Below are positions 19,509-27,611 of a DNA stretch of 35,539 nt, piece after piece. The notes beneath the pieces were generated by a model, which was given only the letters and a program-made list of their open reading frames with translations, did not search any database and had not been told where the DNA came from. The stretch covers positions 1-35,539 of the forward strand of contig JBMTVS010000001.1 of assembly GCA_049451655.1 (NCBI GenBank). The letters are read 5' to 3'. How positions within the stretch are numbered: the stretch's first letter is position 1; each line of letters begins with the position of its first letter. This DNA is from Kiritimatiellia bacterium. GTDB taxonomy: Bacteria > Verrucomicrobiota > Kiritimatiellia > CAIVKH01. A program made the translations under genes and the position numbers.

Positions 19509-20432
19509 TCAGCCTTGACTCGCCAGAAACCGCTCCGCTTCCAGCGCGGCCATACAACCGGTGCCGGCGGCGGTGATGGCTTGCCGGTAATGAGGGTCCT
19601 GTACGTCGCCCGCAGCATATACGCCCGGAATAGTGGTTTTGGTGTGATGGGTAACCAGGTAGCCGCTTTCGTTCATTTCGAGTTGGCCCTCGAAGGGCTT
19701 GGTGTTGGGCTGGTGACCAATGGCCACGAACAGCGCTTTGACGTCCAGATCGGAAAGCTCGCCGGTTTGCGTGTTCTTTAATCGCAACCCGGTGACTTCG
19801 TTTTGTTCAACGCCGAGCACCTCATCGACCGTGGTGTTCCAATGAATCTTTATTTTCGGATGATTCATAACGCGGTCAGCCATGATTTTAGAGGCGCGAA
19901 AGGCATCGCGACGGTGGAGAATATGCACGGTAGAGGCAAAGCGGGTGAGAAAGATCGACTCCTCCATGGCGGTGTCACCACCACCGACTACCGCGACGGG
20001 AACATTACGATAAAAAGCGCCGTCACAGGTAGCGCACGAGGTTACGCCACGCCCGATCAACTTTTGCTCCGAAGGGATACCAAGATACTTCGCGCTGGCT
20101 CCGGTGGCGATAATCAGGGTGCGGGTTTCCATGGTGTTACCGTCGTCGGTGGTAATCTTTATTGGATTTGAACTAAAATCGGCCTTTTCGACCATGGCAT
20201 AGGCGAAACGGGTACCAAAACGCTCGGCTTGCTTACGCATACGGTCCATCAGTTCCGTGCCGTCCACGCCTTCGGCAAAGCCCGGGAAGTTTTCCACTTC
20301 GGTGGTGGTGGTGAGTTGTCCGCCCGGCTGCAGGCCCTCCAGCACCAGCGGATTCAGGTTGGCGCGTGCGGTGTAAATGGCAGCGGTCAATCCCGCTGCT
20401 CCGGTACCAAGAATAATCACGTTTTCGGTCAT
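19509..20432 (-). CDS. trxB: Thioredoxin-disulfide reductase
   Basis: MTENVIILGTGAAGLTAAIY (FAD GxGxxG), redox-active CATCDG, NADPH site VVGGGDTAMEE. I use the ATG at 20432, which is preceded by GAGGAAAG. The 40-codon upstream extension in the ORF track (to 20552) has no homology logic. Confidence 0.9.
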   Translation of the reverse strand: MTENVIILGTGAAGLTAAIYTARANLNPLVLEGLQPGGQLTTTTEVENFPGFAEGVDGTELMDRMRKQAERFGTRFAYAMVEKADFSSNPIKITTDDGNTMETRTLIIATGASAKYLGIPSEQKLIGRGVTSCATCDGAFYRNVPVAVVGGGDTAMEESIFLTRFASTVHILHRRDAFRASKIMADRVMNHPKIKIHWNTTVDEVLGVEQNEVTGLRLKNTQTGELSDLDVKALFVAIGHQPNTKPFEGQLEMNESGYLVTHHTKTTIPGVYAAGDVQDPHYRQAITAAGTGCMAALEAERFLASQG

Positions 20433-20640
20433 GTCTTTCCTCGTTGAATCAGGCGTGTAATGTAATCGGCCTGGCTTATATCGTCCAGCTAACCCTGCTG
20501 TTTTCAGGACGTCAATTTTTGCGGGTAACGAGATGACCAGACTTGATTGCAATTCAACTACCTAAAGGACTTGACCCGGCCATCTGATGTTCGCAGTCTT
20601 TTTCCGGGCCAGTGCTTCAGCAAAGCTGAGTTGATGGCTC

Positions 20641-20788
20641 GATCAACCTAACGGAAGTCCGTGAGAATCGGACGCGGTCGCGCCGCTGTATACGGTTACG
20701 ACCTCCCGCAATGTCACTTCGCGCCGGTCGCGCGGGGGAAGACAAGGGAGGAAGATTTGAAGCCGTGAGCCAGAAGACGAGGTTGATC
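20641..20788 (+). promoter_or_regulatory. Cobalamin (B12) riboswitch aptamer
   Basis: P1 is a 9-bp helix, GATCAACCT (20641-49) with AGGTTGATC (20780-88). Core is AACGGAAGTCCGTGAGAATCGGACGCGGTCGCGCCGCTGTA (consensus GGGAA..GGTG.GAA.CC...GCGG.CCCGCCACTGT). It also has GTCACT...GGGGAAGAC (consensus CCACTG...GGGAAGGC) and the B12 box GAGCCAGAAGACGAGG (consensus AGCCAGGAGACCTGCC). It lies 49 nt upstream of the 20838 ATG on the same strand. Confidence 0.8.
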
Positions 20789-20837
20789 AAGAACGATAAC
20801 CTGAAAGCTCCCGCGTAAGGGGCAGAGAGAAGAAGGC

Positions 20838-21455
20838 ATGAAAAAGCAATTTCTAGCCGCCGCGCTTGCGGTCGGCGTCACCACCGGATCGCACCTCCAC
20901 GCCATGATTACCGATTGGGCCAATTTAGATGCCTCTTTCGGCACGGGAGCCAATCGGTCCGCGTTGATCATCGACTGGAATGATGGCAGCGCTCAAGACA
21001 CCTTGTATTGGGGGTTTTTCTGGGACACAGCCCCCGGGGGCGGCACCGTCGCGGATTTGATTACGGCGGTCTCCGCCGCGGATGGACGCCTTACCTTCAA
21101 CCTGACGGATTTCGGTAGCGGCTTGGGTTTGTTTGTGGACGGCATCGGATTTGATGCCGGGCAGAATTCTAGTTATGCAGATCCGGGAGATCACTACCAG
21201 GACCGCAACGGGGGCTGGACAGATACTTTTGTAAGTTGGGAGGGACACAGCACAAGCGGCACCTGGGCTACTTCAGCCAGCGGCATCTCCAGCACGGCAA
21301 TACAGCATGATTACGCCTACGGCTTCAGTTGGAACAACAGCGGAAGCTGGCCCGGTGATGCGCCAGGGGTTGTGCCCGAGCCGGCTTCCCTGGCCTTGAT
21401 GGGTCTTGGTTTGGGGTTGTTCTCGGCGCGACGTTTAATGCGGAAAACCGCTTAA
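20838..21455 (+). CDS. Secreted PEP-CTERM-anchored protein of unknown function, under cobalamin-riboswitch control
   Basis: Signal peptide MKKQFLAAALAVGVTTGSHLHA. C-terminal VPEPASLALMGLGLGLFSARRLMRK is a PEP motif plus TM helix plus basic tail (PEP-CTERM sorting signal). GAAGAAGG Shine-Dalgarno. The mature ~150-aa Gly/Trp/Ser-rich domain is not recognised with certainty. Confidence 0.8.
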   Translation: MKKQFLAAALAVGVTTGSHLHAMITDWANLDASFGTGANRSALIIDWNDGSAQDTLYWGFFWDTAPGGGTVADLITAVSAADGRLTFNLTDFGSGLGLFVDGIGFDAGQNSSYADPGDHYQDRNGGWTDTFVSWEGHSTSGTWATSASGISSTAIQHDYAYGFSWNNSGSWPGDAPGVVPEPASLALMGLGLGLFSARRLMRKTA

Positions 21456-22240
21456 TTCGCGGGCGCCTCGAAGCGTTCGCGCTCTGCAACATCGCGAACG
21501 CGCAGGAGGGTTTTGGTTTTCTCCGGGTAGCGCAGAAATTCCAGATCCTTGATCACCCAACGATCGTCGATTTTTTTAAAGCTTTTCACGTCCATCCGGC
21601 GCAATCGATCGCCCTCGCGGCTGTAGCCTTCGGCGCGCAGGACAATGCCGATCTTGCTGTCGACCCATAACTGCATGGTGTCGAAAGCGGATGCCTGACC
21701 TTCGGGTGCGGGCAGTTCGATGATATCGCAATGGCGGCCACGCACTTTTTCCTCGCCGGTCTTTTTTCCGCCCGGCCACCAAAGGAACGACAGACTCAAG
21801 TCCAGCCAGGTGACGTCGGTTTCCTGGATGGCCTGATGCAGCGGCGGCAGCGGCGCGGAGCGCAGGGGGTCGCCGGCGAGGTAGTTGTAGTCGGGCCGGG
21901 CAGGATCGTTCCAGGTGATAGCGAGGTGTTCGAGCGGCGCGCCGAAGGCATCACGGATGGTGTAGCGGGCGGTAGCGACCTCGGCCTTCCAGTCGAGCAC
22001 CATCTCGACGCGGAAGGTTTGCTCGACGCGCCCGCGCTCGTCGAGGCGTTGCAGGTCGCCCTGAATGACCAGCGGAATATCCGGCAACGCGGCAATGACG
22101 GGCTCGAGAAGGGTAGCCGCGTTCGAAAGGGGCGCGAAGGTGAGGAACAGCAGCCAAGCCGCCTGCGCGAAGTGGAGGGCTCCGCTCTGTCGGAGCCGTG
22201 AACATGGCGAGAACATGAACCGCGCGAAGCTCCTCATCAT
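21452..22240 (-). CDS. LolA-like outer-membrane lipoprotein-sorting family protein (periplasmic)
   Basis: Signal peptide (AAWLLFLTFAPLSNA). The C-terminal half (GEEKVRGRHCDIIELPAPEG...MQLWVDSKIGIVLRAEGYSREGDRLRRMDVKSFKKIDDRWVIKDLEF...KTKTLLRVRDV) follows the LolA_like family pattern. Start overlaps the lon stop by 4 nt. Confidence 0.55.
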   Translation of the reverse strand: MMRSFARFMFSPCSRLRQSGALHFAQAAWLLFLTFAPLSNAATLLEPVIAALPDIPLVIQGDLQRLDERGRVEQTFRVEMVLDWKAEVATARYTIRDAFGAPLEHLAITWNDPARPDYNYLAGDPLRSAPLPPLHQAIQETDVTWLDLSLSFLWWPGGKKTGEEKVRGRHCDIIELPAPEGQASAFDTMQLWVDSKIGIVLRAEGYSREGDRLRRMDVKSFKKIDDRWVIKDLEFLRYPEKTKTLLRVRDVAERERFEAPAN

Positions 22241-24693
22241 GACCTCCGTCCCGGCGAGCGAACCAGCAGCGGCGCGGCCTGCTCGACTTTTTCGACGAAG
22301 GTGAACTTGATCTTCTTGCGGATCTCCTCCGGAATTTCCTCGAAATGGCGCTCATTGCCCTTGGGCAGGATGATCTGCTTGATGCCAGCCCGGGCCGCCG
22401 CGAGGACCTTCTCCTTGATCCCGCCCACCGGCATTACCTTGCCGCGCAGGGTGATCTCGCCGGTCATGGCGAGGTCGGCGGGCACCCGCTGACCGCCGAA
22501 CAACGACAACATGGCCATGGTCATGGCTAGACCGGCGGATGGACCGTCCTTGGGAATCGATCCCGCCGGCACATGCACGTGCAAATCCTGTTTGTCGCCA
22601 AGCGGGATTTCCAAATCGAACCGGTCCGCATTGGCCTGCAGGAAGCTTAACGCCGCCCGCGCCGACTCCTTCATGACATCACCAAGCGATCCGGTAAGAA
22701 TGAGGTTGCCTTTGCCAGGCATGCGGGTGGCTTCAATGAAGAGAATGTCTCCGCCAACCGGGGTCCAGGCCAGTCCGGTGGCCACCCCGGGCTCGAGCGA
22801 TTTCTCAGCGACTTCGGCATCAAACTTGACCGGTCCCAGCCAGTCTTTGAGTTGATTCGCCTGCACCACGATCTTGCCTTTGTGTCCTTCGACGATCTTG
22901 CGCGCGGCCTTACGGCAGATATTGGCGATTTCGCGATCGAGGTTGCGCACCCCTGCCTCGCGCGTGTAGTCGCTGATGATGCGAGCAATGGTTGCAGGTG
23001 GTAGCTGCACCTGTCTCGCGGTGAGTCCGTGCTCCCCAACCTGGTGCTTAACGAGGTGCCGCCGGGCAATCTGGATTTTTTCCTCCTGGGTGTAGCCCGG
23101 CAGCTCGATGATTTCCATCCGGTCGCGTAGCGGCAAGGGGATGGTGTCGAGAATGTTGGCGGTGGCAATGAAGAGTACGGAGGACAAGTCGAAAGGCACG
23201 TCGAGGTAATGATCGGTGAAGGTGTGGTTCTGTTCCGGATCGAGCACCTCAAGCAGCGCCGAGGCGGGGTCTCCGCGGAAATCCGTACCGACCTTGTCGA
23301 TCTCGTCGAGCATGAATACCGGATTACGGGTGCCCGCCTTGCGAATGTTCTGGATGATCCGCCCCGGCATGGCCCCGATATATGTGCGGCGATGCCCGCG
23401 GATCTCGGCCTCGTCGCGCATACCACCAAGCGACATGCGAATAAATTTTCGCCCGAGCGCATGGGCGATGGACTGCCCGAGCGAGGTTTTGCCCACCCCG
23501 GGCGGTCCGGTGAAACAGAGGATCGGCCCCTTCATGTTGCGTTTGAGCTTCAACACGGAGAGGTATTCAAGGATTCGCTCCTTGATCTTCACAAGATCGT
23601 AATGTTCGCGATCGAGAATGGCTCGCGCGTCAGCAATGACCATATGGTCCTCGGTCATGGTATGCCAGGGCAGGTCGGCTAAAAGCTCAAGGTACGTGCG
23701 AATCACCCCGTGCTCGGGTGAGACCGGCGGTATGTTATTGAGGCGTTCCCTCTCTTTGTTGGCGACCTTTTCAACCTCGGGCGGCATTTTCGCACGCTTT
23801 ATCTTTTCCTCGAGGTCGGCCTGACTTTGATCTTGATCGCCAAGTTCCTTGCGGATGGCGTTCATCTGCTCCCGCAGGAAATGCTCGCGCTGGTTCCGGG
23901 TAATGGACTGGGTCACCTGTGACTGAATTTCCAACCCCAGCCGCAGCACCTCGCGTTCACGGGTAAGTAAAGGCAGCAGCATGTCGAGCCGGGCCTTGGG
24001 GCTAATTTCCTCCAATAATTTCTGCCGCTCTTCCAATGGCATATTCAAGTTCGCGGCAATGAGGTCGGACAACCGGCCAGGCTCCTCGGTATTGATCACC
24101 GCGACCTTCAATTCCTCGGGCAAGGTCGGCGAGAGGGTCACGATTTCCTGAAATGCTTGCGAAACACTGCGGGTAATCGCGGCAAGCTCGAGCGATTCCT
24201 CGGAGTTTTCAGGTTCGCTGTGATAGAGACCGGAAATGTAAGGATGCTCCGCTGTAACCTCGCCCAGCGTAGCCCGGGAGACGCCCTGCACGAGAACGCG
24301 GATGGTCTCGTCGGGAAACTTGAGCATCTTGATAAGGCGACCCACGCATCCCTCTTGATAAAGATCCGCCGAGGTGACCTTGTCGTCGGGAATATCCTTG
24401 TTGCGAATAAGAAGGCCTAGAAAGAACCGGTTACCCGAGGCGGTCGCATCGATCATCCGTACGGTCCGCGCATTGTTGATGATGAGCGGAACGATCATGC
24501 CAGGAAACAACACAAGATCAGCCAGCGGTAGAACCGGCAAGACCGGCGGCATTTGATCTTGCTCAGACTTCAAGAGTGAGAACACCTCGTTAAATTCGTC
24601 GGCAATGGAAGGTAGCGGGGGAGGCGTTTTTTTGGAAACACGTGATCGTTTTTTGCGGGGCGAACGTTTTGTTTTGGAGGATTGATCTACCAT
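22237..24693 (-). CDS. lon: ATP-dependent Lon protease (LonA, endopeptidase La)
   Basis: LPVLPLADLVLFPGMIVPL N-domain, Walker A GPPGVGKTS, Walker B FMLDEIDK, protease Ser motif PKDGPSAGLAM. The lysine-rich 47-aa N-terminal extension is uncertain. An alternative start is the ATG at 24552. Confidence 0.92.
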   Translation of the reverse strand: MVDQSSKTKRSPRKKRSRVSKKTPPPLPSIADEFNEVFSLLKSEQDQMPPVLPVLPLADLVLFPGMIVPLIINNARTVRMIDATASGNRFFLGLLIRNKDIPDDKVTSADLYQEGCVGRLIKMLKFPDETIRVLVQGVSRATLGEVTAEHPYISGLYHSEPENSEESLELAAITRSVSQAFQEIVTLSPTLPEELKVAVINTEEPGRLSDLIAANLNMPLEERQKLLEEISPKARLDMLLPLLTREREVLRLGLEIQSQVTQSITRNQREHFLREQMNAIRKELGDQDQSQADLEEKIKRAKMPPEVEKVANKERERLNNIPPVSPEHGVIRTYLELLADLPWHTMTEDHMVIADARAILDREHYDLVKIKERILEYLSVLKLKRNMKGPILCFTGPPGVGKTSLGQSIAHALGRKFIRMSLGGMRDEAEIRGHRRTYIGAMPGRIIQNIRKAGTRNPVFMLDEIDKVGTDFRGDPASALLEVLDPEQNHTFTDHYLDVPFDLSSVLFIATANILDTIPLPLRDRMEIIELPGYTQEEKIQIARRHLVKHQVGEHGLTARQVQLPPATIARIISDYTREAGVRNLDREIANICRKAARKIVEGHKGKIVVQANQLKDWLGPVKFDAEVAEKSLEPGVATGLAWTPVGGDILFIEATRMPGKGNLILTGSLGDVMKESARAALSFLQANADRFDLEIPLGDKQDLHVHVPAGSIPKDGPSAGLAMTMAMLSLFGGQRVPADLAMTGEITLRGKVMPVGGIKEKVLAAARAGIKQIILPKGNERHFEEIPEEIRKKIKFTFVEKVEQAAPLLVRSPGRRS

Positions 24694-25118
24694 TTTAGCT
24701 TTATCACCTTTTTCGGGTTGGACTCGCCACGACCCCGCGGGAGTTCAATTTCAAGGAGGCCCTGAACCATGCGCGCCCGGGCTTTTTGCTGATCCACCGG
24801 AAAGGGCAGCGGCAACACGCGCTCAAATGGTCCATATTCTATTTCCATCTGACGAAACCGATACTCCGGCGATACCCCGGCCGCATCGGGATTCTTGCGC
24901 TGGCCATGCACAACCAGCGCACCTGCGGTAGCGGTCAACTGCACGCTTCCGGGATCCACGCCCGCGAGCTCAAGTCGCACCACCAGGCCACCGGCATGCT
25001 CGATAACATCGGCGTTGGGCGCCCAGTCAGCGTCCATTTCGCCCTGCATCAGCGGATGATGAAAGCCGGCGATTTTCTTCTGGATTTCAATCCAGGTACG
25101 ATGACGGGTATGGGGCAT
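24687..25118 (-). CDS. Hsp20/alpha-crystallin family small heat-shock protein
   Basis: Alpha-crystallin domain pattern: DVIEHAGGLVVRLELAGVDPGSVQLTA...LVVHGQRK...FERVLPLPFPVDQQKARARMVQGLLEIELP. Overlaps the lon start by 7 nt. Confidence 0.85.
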   Translation of the reverse strand: MPHTRHRTWIEIQKKIAGFHHPLMQGEMDADWAPNADVIEHAGGLVVRLELAGVDPGSVQLTATAGALVVHGQRKNPDAAGVSPEYRFRQMEIEYGPFERVLPLPFPVDQQKARARMVQGLLEIELPRGRGESNPKKVIKLKW

Positions 25119-25204
25119 TGGAGACCTACTAAACCATACCGCCCATTTTTCGTCATCGATATTTAACGTCGTGCCAACCTATTGCATAACCTGTCCAAAT
25201 GTGG

Positions 25205-25213
25205 TGCTATACT
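25205..25213 (+). promoter_or_regulatory. Extended -10-like element TGCTATACT 7 nt upstream of the ftsK ATG
   Basis: gtggTGCTATACTcccccatATG with the ATG at 25221. No Shine-Dalgarno between the element and the ATG. Confidence 0.4.
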
Positions 25214-25220
25214 CCCCCAT

Positions 25221-27599
25221 ATGGCAGTTAAGAAAGAGGTGATGAGATCCGGCTGGCAGGAAGCGGGCGCGCTGGCATTGATAGCGACAGGTGTACTGCT
25301 CTTGTTGAGTATGTTTTCCTACGACTGGCGGGATATTTCTGCCCTGAATACGCCACCCAACGACCCGCCGGTCAACTTCATTGGACCGGTTGGCGCTTGG
25401 TGCTCCTACCTGCTTTTTTTCAGCTTTGGCATGTCCGCCTACATTCTACCGGTGGGCTTCATTTATGTAGGCATTTTCATGCTGCTTAAGCCCGGCACCG
25501 GAGCGGGAAGACGCCTGGGCTGGTTGCTGGGCTTATCGGTGGCGGCCATATTGTTCATGACGCTGGATCAGCAAAACTGGCGCAATGCTTGCGAAAGACT
25601 CAACATCGCCTTTGCAGGGGGATTATTCGGGGAGTTGCTGGGAAATGGCCTGTTGGTCAAGCTCATCGGCGCTGTGGGCACCGGCATTTTAGCCACTACC
25701 CTGCTGCTGGTAAGCCTGATCATGCTGGCAGAGGTTCACCCATTGGTAATGTGGGCCCAACTTAACAAAGCCGCCGCCCAGCTAGCCGGACGTATCACCG
25801 CGTGGCGACAAAGCCGGATGGATCAAAAAGCCCTGATCGAGGACGAGGAAAAACGCCTGGCCAAGATGCGCCGCAAACTGGAACAATCCATGCAAGTTCC
25901 GGAAAAGCCCAAACGGGCAATTACCCGGGTCAAGGAACCACCGGTTGAGGAGGAGGAGGACGAAGATTTGCCCGAAGAGGAAGTCTTTGCGGCGCCCCCG
26001 CCCAAGCCTAAACCGAAACCAAAGCCCACGCCCGAAAAGGCCGAAGCCCCGGAGGTTCCTTTCGCGCCACCTGCGCTCCCTGAAAACATAAGTGGCTATC
26101 AGTTGCCGCCGGTAACCATGCTCGACGCCCTGCCTCCCGCCTCGGAGCGCGAGGTTGCCGGTGAAGGCTCAGACAGCGGTCAGTTGCTTAAGGAAACACT
26201 GGCCGAATTCGGCATCGAAGTGGAAGTGACCAACGTGGAGCGCGGCCCCGTGGTCACCAGCTATGAACTGCTCCCGGCGGCGGGCGTGCGGGTGGAGCGC
26301 ATCACCGGCCTCAGCAACAATATCGCCCTGGCCATGAAGGCCGAGAGCATCCGCGTGCAAGCCCCGATTCCCGGCAAGGGCGTAGTCGGTATTGAGATCC
26401 CCAACGCTACCACCACCACCGTCTATTTCCGCGAAATCGTGGAAAGCCCTAAATGGCAGAGTGGCAAAGCAGCCCTGCCGCTGGCCCTGGGCAAGGATGT
26501 GAGCGGTCACGTGCTGGTTCCGGACCTCGCCGAAATGCCCCACATGCTGATCGCCGGTGCCACCGGGGCAGGCAAGACGGTATGTATGAATTCCATTCTC
26601 ACCGGATTACTCATGGCCCGCACGCCGGATCAGATGAAGCTGATGCTAGTCGATCCGAAGATCGTGGAATTTTCCAACTACAACACCTTGCCGCATCTGA
26701 TTGTCCCGGTAATCACGGACCCCAAAAAAGTCGCTCATGGCCTGCGCTGGGCGATCAGCGAAATGGAGCGCCGCTACAAACTCTTCGCCAAGGCCGGGGT
26801 GCGTAACATAAAGGGTTTCAATAACCGGCCCATCGCGAAACAAGAGGAACTCTTCGGCGCGGATGATCCGGGTGTCACCCCGCCACCACAAGAGGACAAG
26901 TTGCCGGACCGGGTGCCTTACATCGTGATCGTTATCGACGAATTAGCGGACCTGATGATGGTCGCGCAAGCTGAGATCGAGGGTTATATCGCCCGACTCG
27001 CCCAGCTTTCGCGTGCCACCGGCATCCACATGATTATCGCAACGCAGCGTCCCTCCGTAAACGTCATCACCGGCACCATTAAGGCCAACTTTCCCTCGCG
27101 TATCTCCTTCCAGGTCGCGCAAAAGGTCGACAGCCGCACCATCCTCGATGCCTCCGGCGCGGACAAGTTGCTCGGCAAGGGCGACATGCTTTTCCTCTCG
27201 CCGGGCAGCGGTAAGCTCATCCGCGCACAGGGCACCTACACCAGCGACAACGAGATCCACAGCGTGGTCGACTTCATCAAGGAGCAGGGCCACGCGCCGG
27301 TGTTCGAACAGGAGGTCCAGAAGAAGATCGAGAACACAGGCGCCGAGTTGCCCGAGCTCGATGACAGCGATGATTTGCTCGAAGCGGCGGTGGAAATCAT
27401 CCGGCAAACCCGCCGCGCCTCAACCTCTTCATTGCAACGGCGTTTACGCATAGGGTATACACGGGCAGCCCGTATCATGGATATTTTGGAACAGCGGGGC
27501 ATTGTCGGTCCGGCCCAGGGGGCAGATCCGCGCGAGATTCTAATCGATCTCGACGGTGAAGTGCCATCGCATCCAGATCAACAGCAGGAACCAATGTAA
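25221..27599 (+). CDS. ftsK: DNA translocase FtsK
   Basis: Four N-terminal TM helices and a Pro/Lys/Glu-rich linker (PPPKPKPKPKPTPEKAEAPE). Motor domain has Walker A GATGAGKT and Walker B VIVIDELADL. Winged-helix gamma domain ASTSSLQRRLRIGYTRAARIMDILEQRGIVGP. Start chosen at the first ATG. TTG at 25182 or ATG at 25242 are alternatives. Confidence 0.92.
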   Translation: MAVKKEVMRSGWQEAGALALIATGVLLLLSMFSYDWRDISALNTPPNDPPVNFIGPVGAWCSYLLFFSFGMSAYILPVGFIYVGIFMLLKPGTGAGRRLGWLLGLSVAAILFMTLDQQNWRNACERLNIAFAGGLFGELLGNGLLVKLIGAVGTGILATTLLLVSLIMLAEVHPLVMWAQLNKAAAQLAGRITAWRQSRMDQKALIEDEEKRLAKMRRKLEQSMQVPEKPKRAITRVKEPPVEEEEDEDLPEEEVFAAPPPKPKPKPKPTPEKAEAPEVPFAPPALPENISGYQLPPVTMLDALPPASEREVAGEGSDSGQLLKETLAEFGIEVEVTNVERGPVVTSYELLPAAGVRVERITGLSNNIALAMKAESIRVQAPIPGKGVVGIEIPNATTTTVYFREIVESPKWQSGKAALPLALGKDVSGHVLVPDLAEMPHMLIAGATGAGKTVCMNSILTGLLMARTPDQMKLMLVDPKIVEFSNYNTLPHLIVPVITDPKKVAHGLRWAISEMERRYKLFAKAGVRNIKGFNNRPIAKQEELFGADDPGVTPPPQEDKLPDRVPYIVIVIDELADLMMVAQAEIEGYIARLAQLSRATGIHMIIATQRPSVNVITGTIKANFPSRISFQVAQKVDSRTILDASGADKLLGKGDMLFLSPGSGKLIRAQGTYTSDNEIHSVVDFIKEQGHAPVFEQEVQKKIENTGAELPELDDSDDLLEAAVEIIRQTRRASTSSLQRRLRIGYTRAARIMDILEQRGIVGPAQGADPREILIDLDGEVPSHPDQQQEPM

Positions 27600-27611
27600 A
27601 CACCCGTTATC

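Noticed and set aside
20433-20552. 40-codon N-terminal extension of the trxB ORF in the six-frame track
   Set aside because: The canonical TrxB N-terminus (MTENVIILGTGAAG) starts at the ATG at 20432, which has a GAGGAAAG Shine-Dalgarno. The extension begins at a non-ATG codon and resembles nothing.
20571-20599. Possible promoter for the riboswitch transcript (TTGACC-N17-CAGTCT)
   Set aside because: The -35 is good but the -10 hexamer is poor, and no extended -10 is present. This is too weak to call without TSS data.
20714-20971. 85-aa minus-strand ORF spanning the riboswitch 3' half and the start of the PEP-CTERM gene
   Set aside because: It lies antisense to a strongly supported riboswitch and to a gene with a signal peptide and PEP-CTERM logic. 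It has no ribosome-binding context or recognisable motifs.
22671-23462. Long antisense/alternative-frame ORFs inside lon (263 aa), also inside ftsK (26943-27407), larB (2641-3273) and purL
   Set aside because: Arg/Pro/Ser/Gly/Ala-biased translations are typical of off-frame reading of GC-rich genes. The host genes carry complete catalytic motifs.
22237-24693. Lon protease as part of an anti-phage or toxin-antitoxin style system
   Set aside because: It is a full-length housekeeping LonA (N-domain, AAA+ and Ser-Lys protease domains) next to a small heat-shock protein. No nuclease, toxin, HEPN, TIR or similar partner genes are present.
25161-25177. Sigma54-like TGGCACG on the minus strand upstream of hsp20
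   Set aside because: The -12 element is missing: TGGCACG-acgt-TAAA rather than TTGC/GC at the correct spacing. It is not a credible RpoN promoter.
25940-26060. Low-complexity repeat (gaggaggaggacgaag..., aagcctaaaccgaaaccaaagccc)
   Set aside because: It encodes the Glu-rich and KPKPKPKP linker of FtsK. Such linkers are normal for FtsK.
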